Origin: Scenedesmus sp. PABB004
Taxonomy: Eukaryota
DNA: 64,000 bases
Assembly: GCA_014905635.1 (NCBI GenBank)
Contig: JABVCE010000004.1
Span: 62,001 to 126,000 of the forward strand
Direction: 5' to 3'
Position 1 is the first letter of the stretch, and every line of letters starts with the position of its first letter. The position numbers were made by a program, and so were the translations under genes. Below, one piece after another: positions 11,563-22,715 of this stretch. The notes under the pieces were generated by a model. It saw only the letters and a list, made by a program, of their open reading frames with translations. It was not told the origin of the DNA and searched no databases.

Positions 11563-13000
11563 TGCTGCTGCTGCTGCCGCGGCGGCGGCGGCGGCTTCGC
11601 GCCAGCGCCAGCGCCGGGCGCGAGGTGCGCACGAGCATCCGCCCCCGCCGCGAGCGCGCCCGGCTGTGGGCGCTGCTGCTGCGGCGCCAGCGCGCGGCGC
11701 GGCTGCTGGTCGGGGAAGCCCACGATGACGCGGCGCGGCACGTCGGCCTCGACGGGCGCGCGGCGCGCGGCGGGCGCCAGCTGCACCCCCGCGGCCGCGC
11801 CCGCGGCGGCGGCCTTGACCGACGCGCTGGCGAGCGCGACGCCGCTCGGCGGCCGCGGCAGCGGCGGCAGCGCCTGCGCCGGCCGCCAGCCGGGCGGCGC
11901 GGCCGCCCCAGCGCGCGCGGGGCGCCGCCCGTACGTGCGCAGCGGCGCGGCGTAGGGCGCCAGCATGGCGCGCAGGGCGGGGTCGGGCAGCGGCACGAGC
12001 GGCAGCGCCTCCTCGTCGTACGCCTCGGGGCACCACATGCTCAGCACGGCGCGGCCCTCGCGCCACGGCGGCAGCGGCACGCCCGCCTGCTTGAAGCAGA
12101 GCCGCATCGCCGCGGTCATGAGCCCCACCAGGGGCGCGAGCGCCGCCGCGGTGCCCACCCAGTCGGCCGGCAGCGCGGCGAGGAGCTTGTCGTACCACGG
12201 CGTCGACACGCGCAGCGCAAAGTGGTCCCGGAACCCCAGGTCGACCAGCACGTCCGCTGCGGCGGCGCCGCGGGGGCGGCGTCAGCGCAGCCGGCCGCGC
12301 CGCGCGGCTGCCGCTCAGACGCGCCGGGCGCGCGCGCACCGTCGCTGCCGGCCGCGCCGCGCACGACGAGGTACGTGTGGCGCAGCATGCGCAGGTAGGC
12401 CTTGCGCTTGGCGCCGTTGGCGTGGCGCAGCAGCACCAGGTAGCCGTGCCGGCTGCGCAGCCAGCTGCCGACGTGCGCGAGGTCGACGCGGCCCGTGGCG
12501 AGCACGCTGCTCGCCTTGGCCTCCTGCACCGCCTGCACCAGCTGCGGCGCGCGCGGCGGGGAGGGAGGGGTGAAGGGTGCAGGGCGGCGGGCGAGCCGGC
12601 GCCGGCCGGCGCATCGCCGCACCGCCGCGCCGCCGTCGCAGCCGCCGCGCGGCCGGCGAGCAGCGGCGCCGCACCTGCTTCTCCGGCTCCGAGCTCAGCG
12701 CGCAGGCCTGCCGGATGCGCTCCACCTCCAGCGTCGGCTCGTAGCCGGGCCCACCCTCAGCGGCGGCGGGCGCCAGCCTCTGCGGCACGGCGCGGGGGCG
12801 CGGCGGGGCAGAACATTCGCCTCCCCTGCCCGCGGCGCGTGGCGGGCCGCGCCCCCGCCGCGCCCGCGCCGCCGCACCTCGCCCTCGAAGCTGAACAGCA
12901 GGCTGGCGGTGCTCAGCGCCCCGCTGGACGCGGGCTGCGGCCTGCTGGCCATCGCGCCGTCCGTCGCGCCCGCGGCGTGCGCCTCCGGGAGCCGCGCCAT
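11115..13000 (-). CDS. DUF506 (plant/algal PDDEXK-like) family protein with polyQ tail; 4 exons
   Basis: HTYL...VLVDLGFRDHFALRVSTPWYDKLLAALPADWVG...MRLCFKQAGVPLPPWREGRAVLSMW fits the DUF506 pattern (D..FR..F, PPWR, terminal W). Confidence 0.8.
11523..11577. repeat. (CTG)n/(CAG)n coding microsatellite (polyQ in the DUF506 protein)
   Basis: Run of ctg triplets seen directly in the sequence. Confidence 0.9.
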
Positions 13001-13363
13001 GGCCGGCCGCACGGCCGCCGCACGCCCTGGCTGCCAATTCGCAGCGCCAGCGCGCTGTCCCGCAGCGCTCAGCACATTCTGGCTGGGTGCGGCAGCAGCA
13101 GGTCGGCACGCCGCGTGCGAGGCCCAGCTGCGCGAGGCGGCGGGTCGGGCGCTCGCGTGAGAGGCAGCGGCGTGTGCGGCGCTTGTCACGCGCGTGCTTG
13201 TGCCGCGAGCTGAGCCCGCGCGCCCCACCTCTTGTGCAGCCGCGGCACTGGGGCCCCTGCGCGCCTCGAGGCCACCTGATGCACGCGCTTGGGCGGCAAG
13301 CAGGAGCACCAGCCGCAGCACGTGCGCGCACACGCGGCACCGCGCGCGGCGTCGCCGCTGACC

Positions 13364-14057
13364 ATGCGCCGCCTCGACGCCGCGCGCGCCACGCGCGCTG
13401 TGCTGCCGCTGGGCGTCCTGTGCAGGCTGCCAGCGGCGTCGGGCGCCGTCCGCCAGCGCCGCGAGCGCTGCGCCGCCGCCGGCAGCGGCGCGCCCGCCGC
13501 CGGCAGCGGCGCGCGCGGCGCGGGGAGCGGCAGTGGCAGCGGCGGCGCCGAGGGCGCCGGCAGCGGTGGCGGCGGTGGCGCCGACGGCGCCGAGGGCGGC
13601 AGCGGCAGCGCCGGCGGCAGCAGCGGCGGCCGGGGCCCCCGCACGGGGGCAGCGGAGTTCATCGAGGAGAGCGCCAGCGACGCGGTCCGCCAGCTCCACC
13701 CCGCGTTCACAAACGTACGGGCTCGCCCGCGCGCGCCGGCGCACGACCGCGCCCGCACGCGCCTCACGCGCCGCCGCCCGCGCGCGTTTTGCCGCAGTTT
13801 CTCAACAGCGGCTTCCTCGAGAGCCGCCGCCAGCTGTGCGACAAGCTGATGGCGAGCGAGTGGGAGGTGGTGCGGCCCTGGGCGGCGAGCAAAGGGCTCG
13901 CGGATTTTCAGCGCCACCTGGTGGAGCACGGCGAGGCGCAGGGCCTGCGCGTGAGCTGGCACACGATGCAGGTGCTGGGCGCGCGCGGCGGCGGCGCCCG
14001 GGGGGCTGCTGGCTGGGCCGACCGGCGCGGCGCCGCCCGCCGCACCCACACCTGACA

Positions 14058-14101
<44 letters not shown>

Positions 14102-14466
14102 GCGGCTCTATGCCGCGCCCGGCGACCTCGCGCCGCTCGCGGACGAGCGCGCGCGGCACCTGGCGCAGGCGATGATCACCCAGGCGAGCGCCGCGCAGCA
14201 GCTGGAGCTGCACAAGGCCTGCAGCGACACGGCAAAGGAGCTCGCCAACGTCATCGAGAGCTCACAGGCGCGCGGCGCAGCGGCCGCCCGCCGCGCCGAC
14301 AGCGCCGCACCCCCTGGCGCAGGGGCGGTCTGGCGGCTGGCGCTGGCGCGCGGCCGGGCCGCCTGCGGGCCACGGCGGCCCCGGCTGCGCCGCTCGCCGC
14401 CCGCCGCAGCGCACCGGCGCCAGCGCGCTGCTGGGCCTCGCCCGGCGACTGCTCTTCCTGAAGTGA
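13364..14466 (+). CDS. Hypothetical protein with possible organellar transit peptide; 4 exons
   Basis: Exons join in frame: ...AEFIEESASDAVRQLHPAFTN|FLNSGFLESRRQLCDKLMASEWEVVRPW...HTMQ|RLYAAPG...VIESSQ|RTGASALLGLARRLLFLK*. The last donor (14268) is GC. No family recognised. Confidence 0.6.
14058..14100. repeat. (GCC)n intronic microsatellite
   Basis: About 14 GCC units just before the acceptor. Confidence 0.9.
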
Positions 14467-14555
14467 ACGGCAGCAGCCAGCACCCGGCGGCGGCGGCGCG
14501 GGAGCTTGGCGCGGCGGGCGCGGGCGGCGGCTGTTGCGTGAGTTGCGTGAGTGCG

Positions 14556-14560
14556 TTACA
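14556..14560 (-). promoter_or_regulatory. TGTAA poly(A) signal for the ADC-like gene
   Basis: TTACA on the + strand, about 315 nt past the stop at 14874. Confidence 0.55.
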
Positions 14561-14873
14561 ATTGGCCCTGTGTCATGCACCTGCAACCGCCGGGCGCGCG
14601 CCGAGTGCGGTGCGCCCGCCAATCGTCTCGCGAGACCGGCCGGTCAGCCAAACCAGCAGCAGCAACACAGTCCTCCCGGGGCGCACAGCTCGCGCGTGCA
14701 GCTCGCCCGCTTAAGTGCTTCTCAGCACCCATGCCATGTATTGCAGTGCAGAACTCAACTCAAAACGCGCCCCACGCCTCGCGGCGCTTGCAGTCCAAGG
14801 CTCAGTGACGCCTGGCCCCCGCGCGCTCGGCACGGTGCTGGAGAGGCCTGAGCAGCGCAGCTGGCGCGCGGGG

Positions 14874-16046
14874 TCAGCAGGTCAGGGTGCGTGGCACGCT
14901 CAGCGTGGCGGAGGAGCCCTGCTTGAGGTGCAGCGCGAGCGGCACGGCGGCCAGCCGTGCCCCCGCGTCGCCCGTGAACGTGGTGGCGTCGATCGTGACC
15001 GCGGTCGCCCGCGCCACGCACGGGTCGGCGCCCACGAACGACAGCCGCGTGAGCACGGGCGCCATGCCGCGCCCGGTCGGCGCGCTGGTGTAGCGAGCGA
15101 TCTTGGTCTTGCGGAACGCCTCGCTCGAGTTGAGGAACGTGTGCGCCGCGTCGTCGATGGGCCACTGCGCTACCGTGAGCGCGTCGCTGGGGAGCAGCCA
15201 GGACGGCAGCGCCAGCCCGGGCCCCGGCGCGTCCAGCGTGTCGGTCACGTTGGCGAAAAACAGGGGCGCGCCGCTCGCGGGGTCGGTCAGCGCCACCGAC
15301 GTCCACGCCTCCCCGCCGCGGCCGCCGGAGCGCCAGTCAAAGACCGCCAGCTCCTGCGCGCGCGCGGCGGCGGCGGCAGCAGTCGGCAGTCGGCAGTCCG
15401 CGGCAGGGGCCCGCGTGCGCAGGCGCGCGCGGCCGGCGCAGCGCGGTGCCCGCCGTTTCACCAACGCGGGCTGCGCGCGCGCGGCGGGCCAAACCTTGGG
15501 GATGCCCCAGAGGCTGCGCCCCGCGTGCCGGCTCGCCGCGCTGTCGACCCAGATGCGCTGCACGCTGAGGTACGGCTTTGGGCTGCACGCTGGCTTGTAG
15601 AGGCCCGGGATGTAGAACAGCTCGCTGTACCGGCCGATGGGGGAGTCGCTGAACTTGAGGGCCACCAGGTAGCCCGGGCCGCCCTGGAAGCGGCCCAGCC
15701 GCGGGTAGCCAGAGCGTTCGTAGACGGGCGACGACGCCGGCGCAGACTTGAGCGGCGTCACCGCAAAGCCGAGCAGCGCGTCGAGCGTGAAGTCCCAGGG
15801 CAGCTCGTTGTAGCTGCGGGGAGAGGTCGGCGCGGGCGCGCGGGCGTGAGAGGGAAAGCCGCGGCCGCGGCGGCGGCCAGGCTGGCTGCTGCGCGCGGGC
15901 GCGCACCGTGGCGTGGCCTCCCACGGCACGCCGTCAGCGTTGGAGGTGGTGCCGCTGACGACGTTGCTCATGGCGCTGGCGCTGGAGGCGATCAGCGCGA
16001 GCAGGCAGCACGGGGCGAGCCAGATGGCGCGAAGTCCGCGCGCCAT
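14874..16046 (-). CDS. Acetoacetate decarboxylase-like (ADC superfamily) protein with signal peptide; 3 exons
   Basis: SDSPIGRYSELFYIPG...VQRIWVDSAASRHAGRSLWGIPK|ELAVFDW matches the ADC-family pattern. The N-terminus is hydrophobic (WLAPCCLLALIASSASA). Confidence 0.7.
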   Translation of the reverse strand: MARGLRAIWLAPCCLLALIASSASAMSNVVSGTTSNADGVPWEATPRCAPARSSQPGRRRGRGFPSHARAPAPTSPRSYNELPWDFTLDALLGFAVTPLKSAPASSPVYERSGYPRLGRFQGGPGYLVALKFSDSPIGRYSELFYIPGLYKPACSPKPYLSVQRIWVDSAASRHAGRSLWGIPKVWPAARAQPALVKRRAPRCAGRARLRTRAPAADCRLPTAAAAAARAQELAVFDWRSGGRGGEAWTSVALTDPASGAPLFFANVTDTLDAPGPGLALPSWLLPSDALTVAQWPIDDAAHTFLNSSEAFRKTKIARYTSAPTGRGMAPVLTRLSFVGADPCVARATAVTIDATTFTGDAGARLAAVPLALHLKQGSSATLSVPRTLTC

Positions 16047-16391
16047 CGCGCGTGGCGCTCGCGCTGGCCGTTCGATGGGCTAGAAACGAAATTTGAATGA
16101 AGCGCGTGTACGCGACGTCCGGCTGGATCTGGGGGTGGCGCGCGCCGGCGGGGGGCGCGCTTGCGGCTCGGCATCGCAGCTGTCCGCAGGCGACGCAGCT
16201 GACAACGTGTGATCGAGCCGCGGCCGGCCAACGATCACAGGAGCACGGCTGCAAGGAATGCAGCGGCGCAGGGGCGCCGCTCGTCGAACCCAGGCGCCGG
16301 AGCGCGCCGCCGCTGCTGGCAACCGCCTCGCTCCGTGCCCAGCCCCCGCTTGACGAGCCCGAGCTCCGACAGTCGATTCCGTGCCGCCGCG

Positions 16392-19300
16392 TCAACCGAC
16401 GTCCTCCGCGACCGTGTCGATGATCGCGTCGAGCTGGTGCAGGTCGGCGTCGACGCCGTCGTCCGCGCCGCTGTCCGCGCGCGCGGCGGCAGCGAGCATG
16501 TCGCGCAGCAGCTCGTCCGCCCGCAGGCCCCCGCCCGCCGCCGCCGGGCCCGGGCCGTCCAGCAGGGCCTCCCAGTCGCGCGCGATCGCGTCGACCACGG
16601 CGGCGTGCTCCGCCGCCTGCGCCTCACCGCGCTCGAGCTCGGCGCGCCGCGCAGCGCCGCGCGCGCCGCCCGCGCCCGCGGTGGCGACCTGCAGCTGCTT
16701 GGCGTAGCGGCCGCGCGCTGCGTCGAGCATCGCGGCGTAGCCCGAGAGCATCCGCCGGAAGCGCGCCAGCACCGCCTCGTCCGGCGGCCAGCCGAGCACG
16801 CGCAGCGCCTCTGGCAGCGCCTGCAGCGCGTCGAGGCCCACGTTTGCCGGGCCCGCCACGCCCTGCGGCAGCAGCTCGCCGCTCGACGCGAGCCAGACCA
16901 GGCCGTCCACGAGGGGGAGCACGCCGCCGCCGAGCCGCGCCGGCGCCGCGCCGGGCCGCGCCGCCGCCGCCGCCTTGCAGCGGGCGAGGCCGTCGATCAG
17001 CCCCGCCGCCTGGCGCTGCGTGAACGCGGGCAGCCGCGCCGCGCAGGCGAGCGCCAGGCGCGACTGCCAGTCGTCCGATGGCAGCACCGGCAGCAGCGGC
17101 ACGCAGCGCGCGAGCAGCGCGAGGTCGCCTGGATCCAGGCCCTCCAGGCCATCCGCCCCCGCCTCGGCAGACGGCAGCGCCGCCGCGCCGCGCGCGCCGG
17201 GCGCCGCGGCAGTCGCTGGCTGCTGCGCGGCTGCAAGGCGCTCGCCGGTCGCAGCCAGGAAGGCCCCCGCCCAGTCCGCGCTCATGGGAGGGCGCGCGGC
17301 GGGGGCCCAGCCCGCCCAGGCGCCCAGGATGCCGGCGAGCAGCCCCAGCGACAGGCCCCTGCGCGCGCAGAGCGGCGGCGGCGGCGGTGGCAGTCAGCGG
17401 CGGCCGACGACCGCCCAGGCCCAGCGCGCGAGGCACGGGCGGATGCACGCGCGCGCCGACCGCGCCCGCGCTCACCCGAGCGCCGGCTGCAGGCGCGCCA
17501 TGACGGCGGCGCCCAGTGCCCGGCCCTCGTCACTGCAGCTAGGGGGCAGCGCCTGCAACGCCTGCAGCAGCATCGCGCCTTGGAGCGGCGACAGCGAGTC
17601 GAGCTGTGCGGCCGCCACCCGCACGCACACCTCTGCCAGCGCGGGCGGGAGGCTGCCCGGCGGCGTGGGCGCGCTGGCACCGCTGCGGCCCGCGCCGCCG
17701 GACGGCTGCTCCTCAGCCATGGCGCCGAGGTGCTGCGCCATGCGCTGGCAGCCCAGCAGCACCTGCACCGCGCTGGCCGCGGGGAGCTGCTCCAGTGCCG
17801 GGGCGAGCGCCGCCAGCGCGGCGTGCTGCCACTCCAGCATGCCGAGCGCCAGCTGCTCCGGCACCTCGCCCTGGCCCGGCCAGCTGGCTGCAGCGAGCCC
17901 GAGCGTGTGAACCAGGTGCGCCAGCATCGAGCGCGGCCAGCGGTCAACGGACTCAGTCGCGGCGCGCAGCAGCGCCTGGAAAAAACGAGCGGCAGCAGGC
18001 CGGGCGGGCGGCAGGCGGCAGGTGAGCGCGAGCTGCCAGCCAGCAAGCCAGCCCCCACTCGCGCGGCTGACGCCCCCGCGCCGCCGCCGCCGCCGCGGCC
18101 GCGTCACGCACCAGGATGAGCCGCGCGTCCGCGAGCTGCTCAGTCCGGCCTGAGAGGCACGCGCCCAGGAGCGCCTGCTGCAGGGTCGGCCCCAGCCCGA
18201 CCAGCGCCGGCGCCGGCGCGCGGCTCAGCCTGGCCGCGGCGGCGCCGAGCCAGGGCTCCGCGGGCAGGCGCGCACTGGCCCAGCAGTGCACGAGCTCCGC
18301 CAGGTCGTGCAGGTCAGCCGCATCAGTAGACGTGCTCGTCGCTGCGCGCCCCGCGGCCTCAAAGAGCGCCAGCGGCACGCGCAGCGGCCCGGCCGGCTGC
18401 GGCGGCGCCGCGGCCGTGCCGCTGCCGTCCAGGAGCTCGTGCAGGCCTGCCCAGCTGCTGTCGCCGGCCTCGCTCGGCGGCCGGCCCCGCATGACCGCCA
18501 GCACGGCGGCGCCGAGCAGCATGCCCGGGCCGCCGCCCGGCGGCGCCGTGGCAGCGGCCCTGGCGCTCGACGCCAGGCGCGTGAGGCACTGACCGACCGC
18601 CGCGACGAGCACCTCCGGCCGGGCGAGCTCCAGCCGCAGGCTCGCCGCGCGGCGGGGCGCGGCGGCCAGCTCCGCGCCAGCGACGCCCTCCCAGCCCGCC
18701 GCCTCGGCGGCAGCCAGGCACCGTGCCAGCGCCGTGCGCAGCTCCGCCTGCAGCGACACGCGCCCGCTGGCGACGTCTGGCTCCAGCATCAGCGCCAGCG
18801 TGCCCGCCAGGCAGAAGGCCCGCGCCGCAGCGCCCGCCGGCAGCGCGCCGCGCTCCGCCGCCGCGACCTCCGCCGGGAAGAGGCGCAGCAGCTCGGCGCA
18901 CTCGCGCCGCGCCTCCTGCCGCAGCGCCGGCGGCAGCGCCGTGGCCAGGCACAGGCAGCCGAGCAGGCAGTAGTCCAGGCCCAGCCGCTCCGCGTCCGCG
19001 CCGCCGGCCAGGGCGGCACGCAGCAGCTCCAGCTGCGCCTGCGAGGCGGCGGCGCTCTCCGCGCCATCGCCGCCGGAGCCCTTGCCCCTGCGCCCCTTGG
19101 CGCCGGCGGCGCCGCCGTCGACGCCGGCGGGCGACAGCGCGATGCTCTGCAGCCGCGCCAGGCCGGCGACGGCGCGCCGCGCCGCGCCAGGGCCCAGCTC
19201 GCCGCGCGAGGCCGTCGCGGCGAGCACGCGCAGGGCCGCCGCGGCCAGGCCCTCGCACGCGGCGCGCGTGCGCTGCGCGCGTGGCTGCGCTGCGCCGCGC

Positions 19301-20487
19301 GCGGGGTCGTCGCCGGGGGGCAGCAGCTCCAGCAGCCGCGCGACGTCCGCCGCTGGCAGCGGCTCCAGCTTCAACGCGGCGCACTTGGCGGCCGCCTCGA
19401 GCGTGGCGTCAGAGAGCGGCAGCTCGAGCGCAGCAGCTGCTCCCATGAAGGCCAGCAGCTCCTGACCGCTGGCCGCCCTGAACCAGCGCCCCTTGCCCTG
19501 CGCGTCCGCGTCGATGTCGCGCCGCAGGGCCGGCAGCCACGCCGGCGAGACCGGCAGCTGCAGCGCGGCGAGCGCGGCGAGCGTGGCGGGGCCGCCCGCG
19601 CTGGCGCGCGCGGTCGCGGGCGCCTGCTGCACCGCCGCCGCCACCGCCGCCGCGAGCGCCGCCACGCCGGGCTGCGCCAGCGCGTCGCGCCCCTGGGCCG
19701 CCAGGCCACGCAGCACGGCCGCCCAGCGCTCCGCCGGCCTGAGCAGGTCGAGCAGCACCGCGCCGTCCGCGCCGGCCAGGTCCGCGGCCGCGGCCGCCAG
19801 GGCCTCCGCTCCCAGGCCGTCGCCACAGGCCCGCCACAGCCGCTCAGCCGCCTGCGCGGCCTGGGCGCGCTCGTGGTGCGCGCCGGGTGCGCCCTGCGGC
19901 TGCGGCTGCGGCTGCAGCTGCGGCTGCTGCTGCTGCTGTTGTGGCGGCAGCGGCGGCAGCGGCGGCGCCGGCGGCTGCCGGGGCGGCGGCGGCGGCGGCA
20001 GCGGGGGCGGCGGCGGCGAGTCCTGCTGCTGCACTGGCGGCGGCGACAGGGCCAGCGGTGACGCGTCCACCACTGGCTGCCCTGCGGCCGCGTCCCCCGC
20101 CTGCGCCTGCAAAGGCGACGGCGGCGGCTGCAGCTGCGACCTGACCGACGCGAGCTCTGCGCTCAGGCTCGCGACCTGGCGCTGCGTCTCCAGCAGCATC
20201 TGGGTCAGCGACGCCACCTGCTGCTGCAGGAGCATCAGGTGCTGCTGCTGGTGCAGGGCCGCGAGCCGCTCCGCGCTGCCGGCGCTCGCCGCGGGCTGGG
20301 CCGCCGGTGCCGCTGCTGCTGCTGGCGGTCGCTGCTCCGCGCCGCCCGCCGCTGCTGCCGGCGGCCGCTGTGGCGCGGCACGCACGACGTGAGCGCGCTG
20401 GGCTCGCACGGCAGGCGCATGCGGCGCCCAGCCGGCGCCCGGCGCGCGGGCGCGGCGGAGCGCGCCGCTGCCGGCGGTCGCGCGCAT
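16392..20487 (-). CDS. Large Ala/Leu-rich helical-repeat protein with plastid-like transit peptide (degenerate OPR-like); 3 exons
   Basis: Long open frame starting MRATAGSGALRRARAPG...AHVVRA. Recurrent helical units DLHDLAELVHCWASARL, WPRSMLAHLVHTLGL, LSPLQGAMLLQALQAL and FTQRQAAGLIDGLARC. Two GT-AG introns near 18110 and 17475 keep frame. Confidence 0.6.
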
Positions 20488-20680
20488 GGCTCGCTCGCTG
20501 GCCGGGGGGACTGCCACGATCGCGCCACCGCCACGAGCCGGTCTCGAGGGGAGGGCGGCGGCAGCATCGTCGCACGCACAGCCCCCGCTGCACCGCCGTC
20601 GCGGCGCAAGGCCGCCGCGGCGTCGGAGCGCGGCCGCAGACTCGGTCTCAGTGCCTCCGCTTGCCCCCGCTGGCAGCGCC

Positions 20681-21769
20681 ATGCATTCTCTCGGCGGGCG
20701 CGTCCCCGCGACGCCGGCAGCGGGCGCGCACCAGCAGCAGCAGCGGCGGCAGCGGTGCGCGGCGGCGCCGCCGCCGCCGCAGCTTGGCCTGACGCGGCCA
20801 GTGGCGGCGCTGCCGAGCATCCGAGAGTTCATCAGGGACGAGTGCCCCTGCCCCGGGGCAATCGACGGCCGCTGGCGCGAGCGGCCGCGCGCCGCCACGG
20901 TCGAGGCGAGCGTCGTGCTGCGGCCGCCGGGCGCGGTCGTGCCGGGGAGCCGCGCGCTTTGGGAGGTGTCGGGGGAGCAGCTGGACCGCATCGTCGCCGA
21001 CGGCGGGCTCCTGGTCGTGTGCAGCCTGCTCGACGACGGCCGCGTGGCGGCGCCCAAGCGCGGCGCGTGGTCGTGCCTCGCCGCCGTCGCGGGCCTGCAG
21101 CGCCTCGGCGGCGAGCGCGGCCTGGTGCGGGCCCAGGTGCTCGACCGCGTGGCCGTGCAGGCGCTGGACGCGCGCGGCGGCGCCGGGGCGGCGCTGGCGC
21201 AGGCCGCCGTGCTGCGCGACCGCTGGGCATACTTTGTGAGGCTCGACGCGCTCGCGGCACACGCGGCAGCGGCGCAGCCTGGCCACCCCGGCGGCGGCGG
21301 CGGCGGCGGCGACGCCGAGGTGCCGCGCGCCCTGGCGCAGGTGGCCGACGCCGTGGCGGAGCTGGACGGGGCGCTCGCGGCGCTCGCAGCGCGCGTGCAG
21401 GTGCTGGCCGACGACGCGCCCGGCGGCGGCGCGCTGGCGCAGGCGCTCGCGAGCGCCGAGGCGGCGGACGAGCTCGCCGGCGTGCTGGCCTGGGCGCGCC
21501 TGGCGGGCCCGCTCGACGGCCCGGCGGGCGACGGCGCTGCCGACGGCGCCGCCACCGACAGACCGCAGCTGCTGGAGCGGGCGTGGCGGCTGTCGTGGGC
21601 GCCGTTTGCAGCCGGTGGCGTCGCCGCCGCGCTCGGGCGCGACGCGGGGCTGGCCGCGGCGCGGCGCGAGGCGCTGGAGGCCACCGACTTGGGTGCGCGG
21701 CTCGAGCAAGCGAGCGAGCATGCGGCGGAGCTGGCGGCGGCGCTTGCGGCGGCCGCGGCGCTGGCGTGA
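20681..21769 (+). CDS. Intronless protein with LON substrate-binding (Lon N-terminal)-like domain and possible transit peptide
   Basis: VVLRPPGAVVPGSRALWEV...CLAAVAGL...GLVRAQVLDRVAV...RLSWAPF...RREALEATDLGARL resembles the Lon-N beta region plus its RQxLLE..D...RL helix. ATG 20681 is preferred; 20486 is an in-frame alternative. Confidence 0.55.
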   Translation: MHSLGGRVPATPAAGAHQQQQRRQRCAAAPPPPQLGLTRPVAALPSIREFIRDECPCPGAIDGRWRERPRAATVEASVVLRPPGAVVPGSRALWEVSGEQLDRIVADGGLLVVCSLLDDGRVAAPKRGAWSCLAAVAGLQRLGGERGLVRAQVLDRVAVQALDARGGAGAALAQAAVLRDRWAYFVRLDALAAHAAAAQPGHPGGGGGGGDAEVPRALAQVADAVAELDGALAALAARVQVLADDAPGGGALAQALASAEAADELAGVLAWARLAGPLDGPAGDGAADGAATDRPQLLERAWRLSWAPFAAGGVAAALGRDAGLAAARREALEATDLGARLEQASEHAAELAAALAAAAALA

Positions 21770-21862
21770 GCTGGCGTGAGCTGTCGCGCGGCCTCACGCG
21801 CTGCGTGCGGGCGGACGAGGGTTACCAACTCGCGTCCCCGGCCCGGCGCGCGCGCCGCCGCC

Positions 21863-22434
21863 TCACGCGCCCGCGCCCGCGCCCGCGCGCGTGTCGGCGG
21901 CCAGCGTGGTCCAGCGCTCCTTCTCGTGCTGCTCGGGCGCCTTCCACTCCGGGTCGCGCGCGGCGCGGTGGCTGAACGCGAGGCAGTCGAGGCACAGGCT
22001 CTCCGCCTCCCACGCGCACTTGCCGCGGCACCAGGTCTGGCTGAACGCGTGCTCCCGCGTGTTGGCGCCGCCGCAGGCCAGGCACTCCGGGAACTCGGCG
22101 CTGCGCCTGAAGCGCGCCGCCCACTCGTCGGCGCTCATCACGGCGTAGCCCGCGCCCACGCTGGGGTTGATCTCAACCGGCTCGCCCGCCAGGACCTGCG
22201 CCAGCAGGCGAAGGCGGGTGCGCACGGCGCTTGGCGGCCGCCCGGGGAGCCCGGCAGCGAGCCGGGCAGCGAGCGCGAGGGCGGGTCAGCAGGCGGAGAC
22301 ACGGCGGCGCAGCTGCGGGGCCGTGCCTTGGCCCACTCGACGCGGTGCACGGCGACCATCGGCGCGTCGCCCACGGACTCCCGGATGGGCAGCCCCAGCT
22401 CGTGGTAGCTCGGCAGCGGCGCGGCGGCGGCCAT
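21863..22434 (-). CDS. Small putative zinc-ribbon protein (two CxxC pairs); 2 exons with a GC donor
   Basis: MAAAAPLPSYHELGLPIRESVGDAPMVAVHRVEWAK|VLAGEPVEINPSVG...ECLACGG...ESLCLDC. The donor is AAG|GCACGG. Confidence 0.7.
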
Positions 22435-22668
22435 CGGAGCCGCGGTGAGCTGCGGCAGCAGAGCGGCGGCGAGGCGGCGGCGAGCTGCGTGCGCGGCCTC
22501 ACGCGAGCGGCTGAGAGCCTGGGCGTGTTGTTTGTGGGCGCGTAGGACGTGCGGGACGTCGCGCAAGGGCGCGGCTGGCGCGCGAGCGGTGGTTGAAGCG
22601 GCGCGTCAGGTTGGACCTCCGCTGCGCCGGCGCCTGCGCGTCACGCTAGTGCCGCTCGCTACGGTCGC

Positions 22669-22673
22669 TTACA
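22669..22673 (-). promoter_or_regulatory. TGTAA poly(A) signal for the RING gene
   Basis: TTACA about 45 nt past the stop at 22716. Confidence 0.55.
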
Positions 22674-22715
22674 ACCGCAGGTCGCGCCAGATCCACCGCG
22701 AGTGCAGCGCGCAGC

